From contig JBLFWS010000018.1 of assembly GCA_047611865.1 (NCBI GenBank), positions 1 to 33,976 of the forward strand: DNA of 33,976 nt, given 5' to 3'. The position numbers and the translations under genes were made by a program. The notes beneath the pieces are model-generated. The model had not been told where the DNA came from and made no database searches. It was given only the letters and a program-made list of their open reading frames with translations. Positions within the stretch are counted from its first letter, which is position 1; each line of letters begins with the position of its first letter. The DNA is from Chlamydiales bacterium. GTDB taxonomy: Bacteria > Chlamydiota > Chlamydiia > Chlamydiales > JBDQID01. Positions 9,498 through 19,406 of the stretch are shown here, one piece after another.

Positions 9498-10199
9498 GTG
9501 ATGAGGATTACACAAAGGACCTTAGCAGAAGTAGCCGCTTGCGCCTACCACGGTGATGGCGGAAGTCCCCCAGAGGGATACCATTTCGTCGACAAACAGG
9601 TGAAGATAAGTGACACATGCTTCAGCACATATATCAACGAAGTAAACAAAACAGCCATCCTGGCCGTCCGAGGCTCCTACTCCCTCCACGAGCTCAAGCA
9701 AAGCGTAGCAGCAGGATTCGATAAAATCACTTCAGGAAGCGCACGCTCTATCCAAACAGAAGTCCAAAAGATCTGGGAAGAATATCTCGAAAGATTTATC
9801 TCCCTGCGATCCCCAGAATACGAGTTCTATGTCAGCGGACACTCCTACGGAGGGATGATAGCACAGGCCCTAGCAGGAGAGCACAACATAAAAGGGGCAA
9901 GCTTTAACGCCCCCGGAATAGGGAAGCTCACATGCCCCTACCCCGAAGTCGAATTCTACAACCACATAATGGCTTCAGACCTCCTGTCATCAGTAGTAAA
10001 CAGATCCGATCACCTCGGAAAAAAGATCATCCACAAGCCCGCAAAATGTTCCAGCAAAGGCGTTTTCAAACGCTTCGAGCATAAAATAAGAACACACATC
10101 GTCGACCCCCAAAAAGGGACGTCTCATTCCCTCGAATACCTCCTAAAGCATCATTTCGAAAAAAGTTGTGAAGATGCAACCGATAGCTGCCACTGTTAG
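9498..10199 (+). CDS. Class-3 lipase-like alpha/beta hydrolase
   Basis: ILAVRGS oxyanion region, nucleophile elbow VSGHSYGG, SFNAPG, then Asp (ASDLL) and His (SHSL). Confidence 0.85.
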   Translation: MMRITQRTLAEVAACAYHGDGGSPPEGYHFVDKQVKISDTCFSTYINEVNKTAILAVRGSYSLHELKQSVAAGFDKITSGSARSIQTEVQKIWEEYLERFISLRSPEYEFYVSGHSYGGMIAQALAGEHNIKGASFNAPGIGKLTCPYPEVEFYNHIMASDLLSSVVNRSDHLGKKIIHKPAKCSSKGVFKRFEHKIRTHIVDPQKGTSHSLEYLLKHHFEKSCEDATDSCHC

Positions 10200-10206
10200 A
10201 CGTCTC

Positions 10207-11047
10207 TTTACTTAAACCGTATATGGGGCTTTGCCCCAAACCCCACCAAAGGGCTAGCCCTCTGGACTCCCCATTAGCTGTCGTAACGCTCGAAGCGTCG
10301 TTATTTCAAGCATGTTTTTTCTCTGAACTCGATGAACTCCGTTCCTCTCGCAAGGCAGTCAGTGTCATTGTTCCAATGGCAATGAAAAATCTCAGCCTCC
10401 GGCGGGGTGACGATACCTGTCAGAATATTTATAAATGCTAAAAACCAAAAGAAACATATAAATCACACACCTATTCCCTTAGAGAAGAGCTTTTTTAACA
10501 GTTCATATTTTCAATGAGATAAAGGCCGAAGGCCTTAAATACTGCCAGCCCGGGGCAACGCCCTGGGTAATGGGAAATACATAGCTAAGCTCTGTAAGAG
10601 CGTAATATTAATCTTATTGACATCAGAATATTCCGCTCTTACAGAGCTGAATTTCTTGTTTATGATGAACCCAGGGCGTTGCCCTGGGCTGGCAGTATTT
10701 AAGGCCTTCAGCCTTTTCAGAAGTCCCCTGAAAAATCTTAGCCTCCGGCAAGGTGGCAATGCATGAATGCTAAAAAGAGTTAAAACGCTGCTTGTAAGCA
10801 CAACTTATTCTTTGTATAGGTTCGTATTATGACAGGTATCGTCACACCACCGGAGGTGGAACTACTCAGTGTCATTGAAACAATGATACTGACTGCCTTG
10901 CGAGAGGAACGGAGTTCATCGAGTGCAGAAAAAAGACTACACTTGAAGTAACGACGCTTCGAGCGCCACGACAGCTAATGAGGAGTCCAGAGGGACTTGT
11001 CCCTCTAGTGGGGTTTGGGGTAAAACCCCATATACGGTTTAAGTAAA
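10207..11047. repeat. Nested inverted-repeat element: arms of about 220 bp enclosing a REP-doublet-like palindrome
   Basis: Arm 10207-10427 is an imperfect reverse complement of 10826-11047 (TTTACTTAAACCGTATATGGGG / CCCCATATACGGTTTAAGTAAA; CTCGATGAACTCCGTTCCTCTCGCAAGGCAGTCAGT matches perfectly). It lies between convergent genes. Confidence 0.9.
10521..10716. repeat. Inner 196-bp palindrome (REP/REPIN-like doublet)
   Basis: GAAGGCCTTAAATACTGCCAGCCCgGGGCAACGCCCTGGGT pairs with ACCCAGGGCGTTGCCCtGGGCTGGCAGTATTTAAGGCCTTC. An inner pair is AGCTCTGTAAGAGCG / CGCTCTTACAGAGCT. Confidence 0.85.
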
Positions 11048-11069
11048 AACACTTTAAAACATTAAAACG

Positions 11070-12893
11070 TTAAAGGCCCAAAATCGTGTCTTTTACTTTG
11101 GTGGCTTCTGCGGCGAATACTAGTGAGGCTCTTTTCCCGCCTACGGTGTTCTGTCTTTCGCCTACGATCTGATGGAGGACTATGTCTTCGGGTTTTGCGT
11201 CTGTCGGTATCCCTGTTAGCTGTCCTGAGGTGTGCCCTCCTGTCAGACGACTTGATACTGTATTGGGGATGTAGTCGAGGGATAATTTTTCGGGGCGGAG
11301 CATCTCTTGTAGGATTCCTTTTCCCTTACTCCCTGAGGATCGATAGACCAGATGCTCTGCCAGCTGCTCTATAAAAGCTGCTCTGCTAACGCTTGTTTCC
11401 TTTTTCTCGAACCCTGATCTTTCGTATTCCTCAAATTCTTTTAGGTGCTCGACAAAGCCTAATTTGTCAAACTCCTCTATGAGCTCCCTGACACCTTTTA
11501 TGATTGTCGAGACGATTTCATGGGCCTCTGGATCAAGCTCTGAGAGCACCCCCTCTCTAATACTCTGGAGGTAGCAGCCTATTTTTTGACAAAACTCTTC
11601 ACGGGAATACTCTTGTCCCCTGATTAATACGGGGTCTGCAAATTGCAGGGAGCAGGCGTATTGAGCGTCTTTTTTTAGATGCCCTCCCGAAATCTGTGAG
11701 GCGTCTTTCTCCATGAACCCCTCTTCCGGGGTAAAGAGACCCAATTTTGTGAGCTCCTGGCACAGATTAATCATATGCTTCCGAGTTGATACTGTAGCCT
11801 TTACCCCCGCTCCTTCAGGCAAAGGATGTGAGTGCCTGTTTTGCACATGCCCTGTCTGTCCATTTGGAATATCTCCCAAATTACTCGTAGTCATTGGAAA
11901 CAGCTCCGAAAAATGATATTCGCCATCACCTGTCTGAACAGGAACAAGCCACATAACTCCAACATTCAGATGATCTTTTAGGCTAAGGTTCATGTCTGGA
12001 TTATCAATAGGACCTAGTGTTGATGGATCATTGGAAAAGGCCAGGAAAACCTTTCTTTCGGGGCGATGATTCCTATATCCATACTTTTCTGGAAACGTTA
12101 TACTTAAGCTCTGGTTCTTCTGTTTAAGAAGGGATACATATTCTTCCTGCTGTTTTTTTGATAGGTCTGCAGGAAAAGGCATAGACTGAAACATCGTTTC
12201 ACGCTCTTCATTTCCCTCTGTCTTCAGGCAGGCTTGGTTATTCGAAGAAATATCATCTTCACGCAAAATACACATCCCATGAGGAGAACTCATTATGACG
12301 TGATCCATAGATTTAGCTAATGCTTGCAGGTTTTCGTCCCCTTCAGCAGAAAAGGTATTGATGTTGACATCTCCAAGGATGGAAATAGAAACAAACCTAT
12401 CGATACGGCTCACAGCCACTAGTGAGGCCGCTATCCCGTTTAATAACTTTGTGTTTGCTTCCAGAGATTTTTTGCCACTCCCCAGGTGCAGGTGTACCAC
12501 CAAATGCTCTGAGGCATTGGCATCGTGTACGAGAAAGAGCTTGTTTTTTGTCGCCTTGCCACTTTTATCCACGGTGAGCTTTTGCAGGAAATCTTCTGCA
12601 TCATGAAAGTCCGGTCGTCCGCCAAATAAATCCTCTGCACTCATTTTAGAAACTGCAGGATCAAAATCCAATCCATAATGAAAGACCAGAACTTCCCCCT
12701 CTTGAAATGCGGAGGCCATCATTGCCTTTACAGCCACCTGCTCTTCTCCGGAGATCTCTCTATTTCCCAAAAGCCCTTGAATGACTATGCCTTGGGGAAG
12801 CTGCTGCTCCTCTGCTGCGGGAGGAATATCATCATCTTGTCTATTAACACTATTTACCAAAATGTCACCGCCAGTAGGATTTATCCCAAACAT
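11070..12893 (-). CDS. Hypothetical protein with weak endonuclease/exonuclease/phosphatase (EEP)-like motifs
   Basis: 607-aa ORF with GGAA/GCGG upstream. Motifs VVHLHLGSG, ILGDVN and KDH resemble the EEP core; otherwise unrecognised. Confidence 0.6.
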   Translation of the reverse strand: MFGINPTGGDILVNSVNRQDDDIPPAAEEQQLPQGIVIQGLLGNREISGEEQVAVKAMMASAFQEGEVLVFHYGLDFDPAVSKMSAEDLFGGRPDFHDAEDFLQKLTVDKSGKATKNKLFLVHDANASEHLVVHLHLGSGKKSLEANTKLLNGIAASLVAVSRIDRFVSISILGDVNINTFSAEGDENLQALAKSMDHVIMSSPHGMCILREDDISSNNQACLKTEGNEERETMFQSMPFPADLSKKQQEEYVSLLKQKNQSLSITFPEKYGYRNHRPERKVFLAFSNDPSTLGPIDNPDMNLSLKDHLNVGVMWLVPVQTGDGEYHFSELFPMTTSNLGDIPNGQTGHVQNRHSHPLPEGAGVKATVSTRKHMINLCQELTKLGLFTPEEGFMEKDASQISGGHLKKDAQYACSLQFADPVLIRGQEYSREEFCQKIGCYLQSIREGVLSELDPEAHEIVSTIIKGVRELIEEFDKLGFVEHLKEFEEYERSGFEKKETSVSRAAFIEQLAEHLVYRSSGSKGKGILQEMLRPEKLSLDYIPNTVSSRLTGGHTSGQLTGIPTDAKPEDIVLHQIVGERQNTVGGKRASLVFAAEATKVKDTILGL

Positions 12894-12940
12894 ATTTCCG
12901 CTTCCTTTCAGGGTTTTTTAAGAAGCGGGTAATACACAAC

Positions 12941-15223
12941 CTAAAACTCTATACTCATTTTAAGCGTCAGGTCTTTTAAGGCCTCCTGTGCTTCTATTAT
13001 ACTCGGGCAATTCGGGCGAGCTCTATGCAACATCTTCTGAAAGTATGAGACACTCTTAACGCGAATGTGGGTGAAATCGGGATATTTTTCGAAAAGACTT
13101 TTGTAAGTCTTTGCTAGATGAAGATACACATCGGGATCAATGGGAAAGCCCAGCTCTTCACTAGTCTCCAGAACCTTAAGAAGAAGCTTCTCGGCAGCAA
13201 AATCCATGCCTTTTTTCAGAAATATTTCCGCCATATGAGTATAACAATCGTGTTCCTTCCCGATAAGCAAGCCTTTCTCCAGGGCTACATAAAAGTACTT
13301 CAAAGCTTCATCATAGTTTTCTGATTTTTTGTAATCCTTTGCATATTGACAGCAAGAAAGTGGTGCCGCCACAGTAATAGAAATAGAAAACCTTCGATTT
13401 TTGTAATGATGAGATGGATCTGACTCCAACAAATCCCTTTGCCGATGAACTTCCATCTTACTCAGTTGTAGCCGCTCTAGTGTAGACCTCCGCTGAGCTT
13501 TCATTCTCTCTTGTCCCTGGAGTTTTTCTATCCACTTTGTATCAGTCGGTTCTTCAAGAGATTTCTCGAAACAGGCCATAGCCTCTTCATATAGCTTCAC
13601 CTTTCCTTCCCAGGCATCCTCTTCTAAGAGCTCAACCTGCCGGATGTGTAGCTCCGCCTTATTCCTCAACAACTCTGGAAGCTTGAAAACTTCAAGGGTA
13701 GTCAAATTCAAAGTGTGATTGGGATGTCCGATGAGGGCGACAGCTAGTTTTAAAACTTTAGAAGCCTCTGTTACCAAAGAAATTTCTGCATCAAGTCTCT
13801 GGACCTGCTCTATAAAATCTCCCTTGTCTTTATGAGGTATCTCCTGATTGATTACCTCTGAAGCTTGATCATTCAACATCCGTGCAGCTAGATTCAAATA
13901 GCGTTCTTCCTGCTTTTCTTTTGCTATTTTGGAGAGCTCCTCATTATCAAAATACAGTCGATGCAATTGAGGTATTTTGCAAAGAAGGTTCTCTTCCAAC
14001 TTGCTGGCATTCACTTTGGAACAATTTCTTAGTCCCAGACTTGTGAGAGTAGGAAAATTCGCTAAATACTCCAGGCCTGCATCGTCAATATTCGCACCTC
14101 CCAGGCGGAGGTCTTTGAGCTCTGGTAGTCCTTGCAGACTTTCAAGAGCTGCATTACTGAGACTTTTCAATCCTATAAGGTGTAAGCTTTCCAAGCTGCT
14201 AAAGTCCTTTAAAAGGGCTATTGCTCCATCACCCACCTGGGCACAGTCACTCAGGTCGAGGGAGTGTATCTCCGGATGTCCCTCTCCACTCAACTGACTT
14301 AGCTGGGTTCCTTTGACAAGAGGCAAGTTCCTACAAGACAGATGCTTTAAACTCTGTATCGCAGCAATACTTCCAAAAGCCTTGTCCGTAATCTTTTTGC
14401 AGCCGCTGATATCCAGCCTAGCTAGGTTTGAGCCATTACTAAGTATTTCTAACGCCTCGTCTCCTAGCTGTTCACAATTCTCTAGACTCAGCACCATTAA
14501 CGAATTAAACTCTGAAAGTACTCTAAGACCCTCTCCCGTCAGATCCGTACATCCCTGAAGATTTAGGCCCTTTAGTTCGGGTAAATTCAAAACAAGAAAT
14601 ACGATATCGTTATCTGAAAACTCTTTCCTTAAACTTTTAGGGATTTCCAGGTAGCTAATGCCTAATGAATGCCTTTCGATCAAATCCAGGAATGCCTCCC
14701 GTTCCATAGTCTCAGACAATTCTTGCTTGGCCCGAAAGCACCCCCTATTGATGATGTCGGAAAGTAAAGACTCTTTTAGCTCTTCGCTTTTTCCAGCTTC
14801 ATTAGATCCCAGAGAAGAAATAAACGGTGGAGATCCATGTAGGCTTGTGCTTCTGTCTTCACTGGAGGACCAACTAAGAGGTAAGCAGTCTACTGTAGTG
14901 GGACTTTTCAATAAGCTCTCGCTTGGATCATCTTGAAAAACCCTTTTTACTACAGACCGCACCAAAGGTTCTTCCCTGTAACTTAACACTTTTACCCGAC
15001 ATTCTGGGCAATGTCCTAAAAATTCTCCCGCTTCTGAATTCTCCATATCGAATATTTTTTGAGCTACTTTTTGGTTTATCAGGTGCCGACAAGGTGAAAG
15101 CGATACTGCCTCGGAAAGAGTTTCATGACTAACGGGACATATTAAGTTCCATTCCTCAAGTTTTCTTGCCTTCGAATGAGAGTAAAACAATGTATCCATT
15201 AAAGACGAAGCGCTGATACTCAT
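12941..15223 (-). CDS. U-box/RING + leucine-rich repeat + TPR protein (putative E3 ligase effector)
   Basis: N-terminal LICPVSHETLSEAVSLSPCRH...CPECR. About 8 LRRs of the L..L.L..C..L/IxD type (aa ~215-425). C-terminal TPR-like helices (YDEALKYFYVALE, YTHMAEIFLKKG, VYLHLAKTY). GGAGG RBS. Confidence 0.85.
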   Translation of the reverse strand: MSISASSLMDTLFYSHSKARKLEEWNLICPVSHETLSEAVSLSPCRHLINQKVAQKIFDMENSEAGEFLGHCPECRVKVLSYREEPLVRSVVKRVFQDDPSESLLKSPTTVDCLPLSWSSSEDRSTSLHGSPPFISSLGSNEAGKSEELKESLLSDIINRGCFRAKQELSETMEREAFLDLIERHSLGISYLEIPKSLRKEFSDNDIVFLVLNLPELKGLNLQGCTDLTGEGLRVLSEFNSLMVLSLENCEQLGDEALEILSNGSNLARLDISGCKKITDKAFGSIAAIQSLKHLSCRNLPLVKGTQLSQLSGEGHPEIHSLDLSDCAQVGDGAIALLKDFSSLESLHLIGLKSLSNAALESLQGLPELKDLRLGGANIDDAGLEYLANFPTLTSLGLRNCSKVNASKLEENLLCKIPQLHRLYFDNEELSKIAKEKQEERYLNLAARMLNDQASEVINQEIPHKDKGDFIEQVQRLDAEISLVTEASKVLKLAVALIGHPNHTLNLTTLEVFKLPELLRNKAELHIRQVELLEEDAWEGKVKLYEEAMACFEKSLEEPTDTKWIEKLQGQERMKAQRRSTLERLQLSKMEVHRQRDLLESDPSHHYKNRRFSISITVAAPLSCCQYAKDYKKSENYDEALKYFYVALEKGLLIGKEHDCYTHMAEIFLKKGMDFAAEKLLLKVLETSEELGFPIDPDVYLHLAKTYKSLFEKYPDFTHIRVKSVSYFQKMLHRARPNCPSIIEAQEALKDLTLKMSIEF

Positions 15224-15276
15224 GAAAACCTCCTATTCCTTCCGAAAAATCCGATACTTCTGCCTTGATGGCAAAC

Positions 15277-16434
15277 TTAGGAACCCTTAGAAACTCCCAC
15301 TGATTCCAAAGCAAATACTTTCGATGCTCTCTTCAAGCTTGTAAGGACATGATGAATTTCCTCATCACGCAACTTTGGATATAAAGGCAAAGAAAGCGTT
15401 CTACACCCTATCTGGTAGGCATTGGGGAAATCCCCAGGAGAAAAGTTGTAAAGCTTGCGGTAGTAATCCAAAGTGTGCACAGCACGATAGTGCACTCCAA
15501 CACCAACACCTTGCTTTTGCAAGTTCACAAGCATGGCGTCTCTCTGTTCTTCTCCCACAAGAATCGTTTGTAAATGTCTAGCACTTCTCCCTTTTGTCTT
15601 CAGGATTTTAATGCCAGGAATTTTAGAAATGGCTCGTTCATAACGATGGCAAATTTCTTCTCTTCTTTTGAGGTAACCGTCCAACCTGTCGACTTGCTTT
15701 ACAAGAAGGGCTGCATGAATATCATCCATGATATATTTGCGGCCAAACACGTCCATGTCCCAATGCTTATAAAGTTCACCATACCTAACTGATGCTGTGG
15801 CTGAGACACCATGATGCCTTAATTTTCGGATCTTGGCCGCTAATGCTTCATCATTTGTCGCTACCGCTCCACCTTCACCACAGGTTAGATTTTTTGTAGC
15901 GTAAAAGCTATAGCAGGCCGCCTCGCCAAGCATACCAGGGCGAATCCCATCCCTTTCCCCTTCAATACAATGAGCGCTATCTTCAATTATTTTGAGTTTA
16001 TGACGACTTGCAATTTCAGCTATAGCTTTCATATCGCAAAGAGATCCATACAGATGAACCGGGAGTATTACTTTACTTCGGGGAGTGATTGCAGCCTCAA
16101 TACCCTCCGGATCGAGCAAGCCTGAGTCCTTTTCGACATCAACAAATACGGGTTTTGCTCCTGTATAAAGTATAGCATTAGCTGTGGCCACATAAGTTAA
16201 GGGAGTGGTGATCACCTCGTCTCCCGGCCCTACCCCCAACGCCATCAACGTAAGATGCAAAGCCCCGGTACAACCAGAAACCGCTACCGTTTTTTTTAAG
16301 TAAGTGTATCGTGAAAAAACTTCTTCGAACTGAGAAGTCACCGGTCCTGTGGTAATAAAAAGAGATTCCAGAACATCCCGTACGGATAGAATATCTTCTT
16401 CCTCGATATTATGCCGACAAAATTCTACCTTCAT
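15277..16434 (-). CDS. DegT/DnrJ/EryC1/StrS PLP-dependent sugar aminotransferase
   Basis: GVGPGDEVITTP, GAKPVFVDV, PVHLYG, IEDSAH, SFYATKNLTCGEGG (PLP Lys) and LSLPLYP. Overlaps the upstream gene via ATGA. Confidence 0.93.
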   Translation of the reverse strand: MKVEFCRHNIEEEDILSVRDVLESLFITTGPVTSQFEEVFSRYTYLKKTVAVSGCTGALHLTLMALGVGPGDEVITTPLTYVATANAILYTGAKPVFVDVEKDSGLLDPEGIEAAITPRSKVILPVHLYGSLCDMKAIAEIASRHKLKIIEDSAHCIEGERDGIRPGMLGEAACYSFYATKNLTCGEGGAVATNDEALAAKIRKLRHHGVSATASVRYGELYKHWDMDVFGRKYIMDDIHAALLVKQVDRLDGYLKRREEICHRYERAISKIPGIKILKTKGRSARHLQTILVGEEQRDAMLVNLQKQGVGVGVHYRAVHTLDYYRKLYNFSPGDFPNAYQIGCRTLSLPLYPKLRDEEIHHVLTSLKRASKVFALESVGVSKGS

Positions 16435-17456
16435 CCGCCTGTACCGAAACTATACTCTTGAGGACCGATTGCCTTATACTGCATAGCATATGTTTCACCA
16501 GCCTTCGGGGGCTTTCGGTATTTCTCTACCAAGTCCGGCAAACTAAGGTCCATTGTCTTTTCCTGCCGCCACCCCAGCGCACACAAGCTGCTGTAGTCTA
16601 AAGCGTAATAGACATCTGCTCCGGGACGGTCTGAAGAAAAATCGGTAACATCTTCGAAACACACATCCATCAAAGAACACACCTTCTGAACAATTTCGCT
16701 CACAGAGAAATCTTCATCAGAGGCCAAATGATACACGCTTCCCGTTTCGCCCTTATCCACAATAGTCAATAAAGCGTTAACGCTATCATGAATATGTATC
16801 CAGTTCCGGATGTAACGCCCTCCCCCGTGAATAGGGATTTTTTCCCCATTGGAAATACAATGGATAGCATGAGGGATCAATTTCTCAGAATGCTGGCGAA
16901 GCCCGTATGTATTGGTAGAACGAGTAATAATATAGGGAATTCCGTATGTCCTACCCCACGCGTAGAGGAGTTGCTCGGCACCGGATTTGGTAGCGGCATA
17001 AGGATTACTAGGCTTGTGCCGGAAATCTTCTTTGCAAGCGTCCGTATATTGGTCCCCAAAAACTTCATCTGTACTGATCTGAACAAAGAGAGGAGTGGAT
17101 TCTAAAGGACTATCAGCTTTCTTTCTCAAAAGTTCCAGCAGATGGAAGACGCCCAATAAATTCGATTTAATAAAGTCCGAACAATCTCCAATGGATCTGT
17201 CTACATGGGTTTCGGAAGCAAAATTCACCACTACGTCGCAACAGGGAAGCTTATCAAGATCATTAATGTCGATCTTTTTGTAATGGTAATCCCCTTTGAA
17301 AAGCAGTCCTGTGTTTGCAGCATAGCTTTGTTTATCAAAGTTGATGACACAGTGTCCCTTTAGCAGACACGCTTCTACAAAATGGCTTCCGATAAAGCCA
17401 AGGCCTCCCGTTACAACAATAGTCTTCTTTTTCGCCAACCTACTCATAAATCCCAC
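16431..17456 (-). CDS. dTDP-glucose 4,6-dehydratase-like (RmlB/RfbB-type) extended SDR
   Basis: VTGGLGFIGS, ASETHVDRS, STDEVFG, PSNPYAATK, EKLIP, RNWIH and DRPG.D..Y. Confidence 0.88.
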   Translation of the reverse strand: MGFMSRLAKKKTIVVTGGLGFIGSHFVEACLLKGHCVINFDKQSYAANTGLLFKGDYHYKKIDINDLDKLPCCDVVVNFASETHVDRSIGDCSDFIKSNLLGVFHLLELLRKKADSPLESTPLFVQISTDEVFGDQYTDACKEDFRHKPSNPYAATKSGAEQLLYAWGRTYGIPYIITRSTNTYGLRQHSEKLIPHAIHCISNGEKIPIHGGGRYIRNWIHIHDSVNALLTIVDKGETGSVYHLASDEDFSVSEIVQKVCSLMDVCFEDVTDFSSDRPGADVYYALDYSSLCALGWRQEKTMDLSLPDLVEKYRKPPKAGETYAMQYKAIGPQEYSFGTGG

Positions 17457-17738
17457 AAGTTTTCTGGTGAATTTCTTCCACCATCCTCTTCTCCAAGGAC
17501 GCTCTTTTACGGAGGTGCATGTTAATGCAAGTCTATAAGACTCTTAACAAAATCAAACATTTCCTAGCAAGCTGTATCAAAAGTATAGAAGATTTTTTTA
17601 AAAGTAAGACCTTAACAGATCAACACCGGGTTTTGGCAAACAAGAATGCAAACTTTTCAAGCGTAAAACCAGTCTGAAAACTTCTTCTTAGAAAAATCCT
17701 AGGTCGTATATTACAATTAGGGAATGTCTGATTTTGAG

Positions 17739-19023
17739 CAGGGTCTTTTGATTAAAAATACTTGATAGTGATTGTGGTAATATGAACCATGGTGATTCCA
17801 AAAAATGGAGACATCATTATGGTTCAAAAAAAACAAAAGAATTTTACTCAGAAGTTGACCAAATATCTGACAGTGAAGCCTTTCTAGAGTCTGTACGTGA
17901 AGGTTTTAATGAAGTTAAAGATCCGAGGACTCAGAATAACCTGACATACAATCGTGTAGATTTATTGCTTATGATTTTGTGCGCTGTCTTGGCAGGAGCA
18001 AATACGATCCTTGATATTTATGACTATGCTCAGCTGAAAATAGAGCTGCTTCAACGCATTTTAAAAATCGATAAAGCTTCGAGTTATGATGTCTTTTGGT
18101 GGTTGTTGACTCGTTTAGACCCTGGACAGTTAGAGAGCTGTTTCGTTCGCTGGATTCAGTCTTTGCCTGAAGAAGAGCGGGAAAAACTAATAGCTATTGA
18201 TGGTAAACATCTCAGGGGGGCTGCGAGAAGCCAAAAGATTCATTTGGTATCCGCTTGGGATAGTAATCGTAGTCTATTACTGGGACAAGTGAAAGCAGAT
18301 GAAAAATCGAACGAGATTACTGCAATTCCAGAACTCCTTGACAGTCTTGATTTAACAAACGCCACTGTTACCATTGATGCTGCGGGATGTCAAACTGATA
18401 TCGTAGATAAAATTATAGATAAAGGAGGGAATTATGTGATCTCGCTAAAGGGAAATCAAGGAACTTTACAAGCAGAGGCAGATAATTTTTTCAGGCAAGC
18501 ACGAGATACAGGTCATGAAGTGGCTGACTGTAAGACCTTTTCAAGTTGTGAAAAGGGACATGGGAGAGTAGAAGAACGCGAGGTAGTTGTCACAAGTCAG
18601 TTGGATTGGCTAGATTGCAAATCCAAGTGGAAAGATCTTACATCTTTTATTGAAGTGGTCTCAAGACGCACGATCAAGGATAAAACGACAGAAGAAAGGC
18701 GTCTTTATATCTCAAATCTTGTATTAACACCGGAACGAGCTGGAGAAATAGCTCGTAGCCACTGGTCGATAGAAAACAGATTGCACTGGAATATGGATGT
18801 AAATTTTGGAGAAGACGCTAGTTTGGCCGCTATTGGAAATGCCGCTGAGAATTTCGCTGTTTTGAGGAGGTTGGCTGCTACTATGATACGAATAGATCTT
18901 GGAGGTATTAAGGGAACTGCGAAGAGAAGGCGGCAAGCTGCTTGGGATGACTCGTGGACCATTAGACTCTTGTCAAGAATATTCGAGGTAAAAGTGTAAA
19001 GCATTTTTAATCAAAAGACCCTG
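17739..19023 (+). mobile_element. ISAs1-family insertion sequence
   Basis: 25-bp terminal IRs with one mismatch: CAGGGTCTTTTGATTAAAAATACTT (17739) and AAGCATTTTTAATCAAAAGACCCTG (ends 19023). No target duplication visible. Confidence 0.92.
17782..18999 (+). CDS. ISAs1-family (H-repeat) transposase
   Basis: DPR, LCAVLAG, IAIDGK, KSNEITAIPELL, VTIDAAGCQ, LKGNQ, HGRVE and RSHWSIENRLHW. Confidence 0.95.
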   Translation: MNHGDSKKWRHHYGSKKTKEFYSEVDQISDSEAFLESVREGFNEVKDPRTQNNLTYNRVDLLLMILCAVLAGANTILDIYDYAQLKIELLQRILKIDKASSYDVFWWLLTRLDPGQLESCFVRWIQSLPEEEREKLIAIDGKHLRGAARSQKIHLVSAWDSNRSLLLGQVKADEKSNEITAIPELLDSLDLTNATVTIDAAGCQTDIVDKIIDKGGNYVISLKGNQGTLQAEADNFFRQARDTGHEVADCKTFSSCEKGHGRVEEREVVVTSQLDWLDCKSKWKDLTSFIEVVSRRTIKDKTTEERRLYISNLVLTPERAGEIARSHWSIENRLHWNMDVNFGEDASLAAIGNAAENFAVLRRLAATMIRIDLGGIKGTAKRRRQAAWDDSWTIRLLSRIFEVKV

Positions 19024-19303
19024 AGTAAGGAAGGGAATTTTAGTTTAAAAATAGCAAGAGCAGACATGAGGCAGTCTGAAATACTGATCTTTTTTTCCAG
19101 TCCTTGCCTTCCTCTTGGAGGTTCTTTTACTTTCTTGAAAATGTTTCGTGCTTTTCTAAGCAATCCTTTAGCGGAAAGATTTACTTTCTCAATTAGTCTT
19201 GCAGCCATTTTTCTTCCAAACTTGAGAGTTTACGAAAAGAAAATTCTACACGACTCACAAATATTTTATAATTAGATATTTAAAATTTCACCGGGAATTG
19301 CTG
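19024..19303 (-). mobile_element. Left-end remnant of a second IS (N-terminus of a DDE transposase), cut by ISAs1
   Basis: ORF from 19208 reads ...ISISDCLMSALAIFKLKFPSLL, which I recognise as a transposase N-terminus, and runs directly into the ISAs1 IR. A putative terminus CAGCAATTCCC lies on the minus strand at 19303-19293. Confidence 0.65.
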
Positions 19304-19406
19304 AATGATTATTTATAAATATTTTGCTTGTTTCTGTTGATCTTGAAAATATGAAATCTTATGGTGAAAGCATTTCAATATTTGAACCAATGCAGGAGTT
19401 CATCCT

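Noticed and set aside
10207..11047. CRISPR array or protein-coding ORFs (10223-10441, 10535-10801) in the repeat region
   Set aside because: The repeats are inverted and nested, not regularly spaced direct repeats with unique spacers, and there are no cas genes. The ORFs lie wholly within palindromes and show no protein motifs.
17720..17730. GGGAATGTCTG as the partner end of the IS remnant ending at 19303
   Set aside because: It is in direct rather than inverted orientation relative to GGGAATTGCTG, short and mismatched, so it may be chance.
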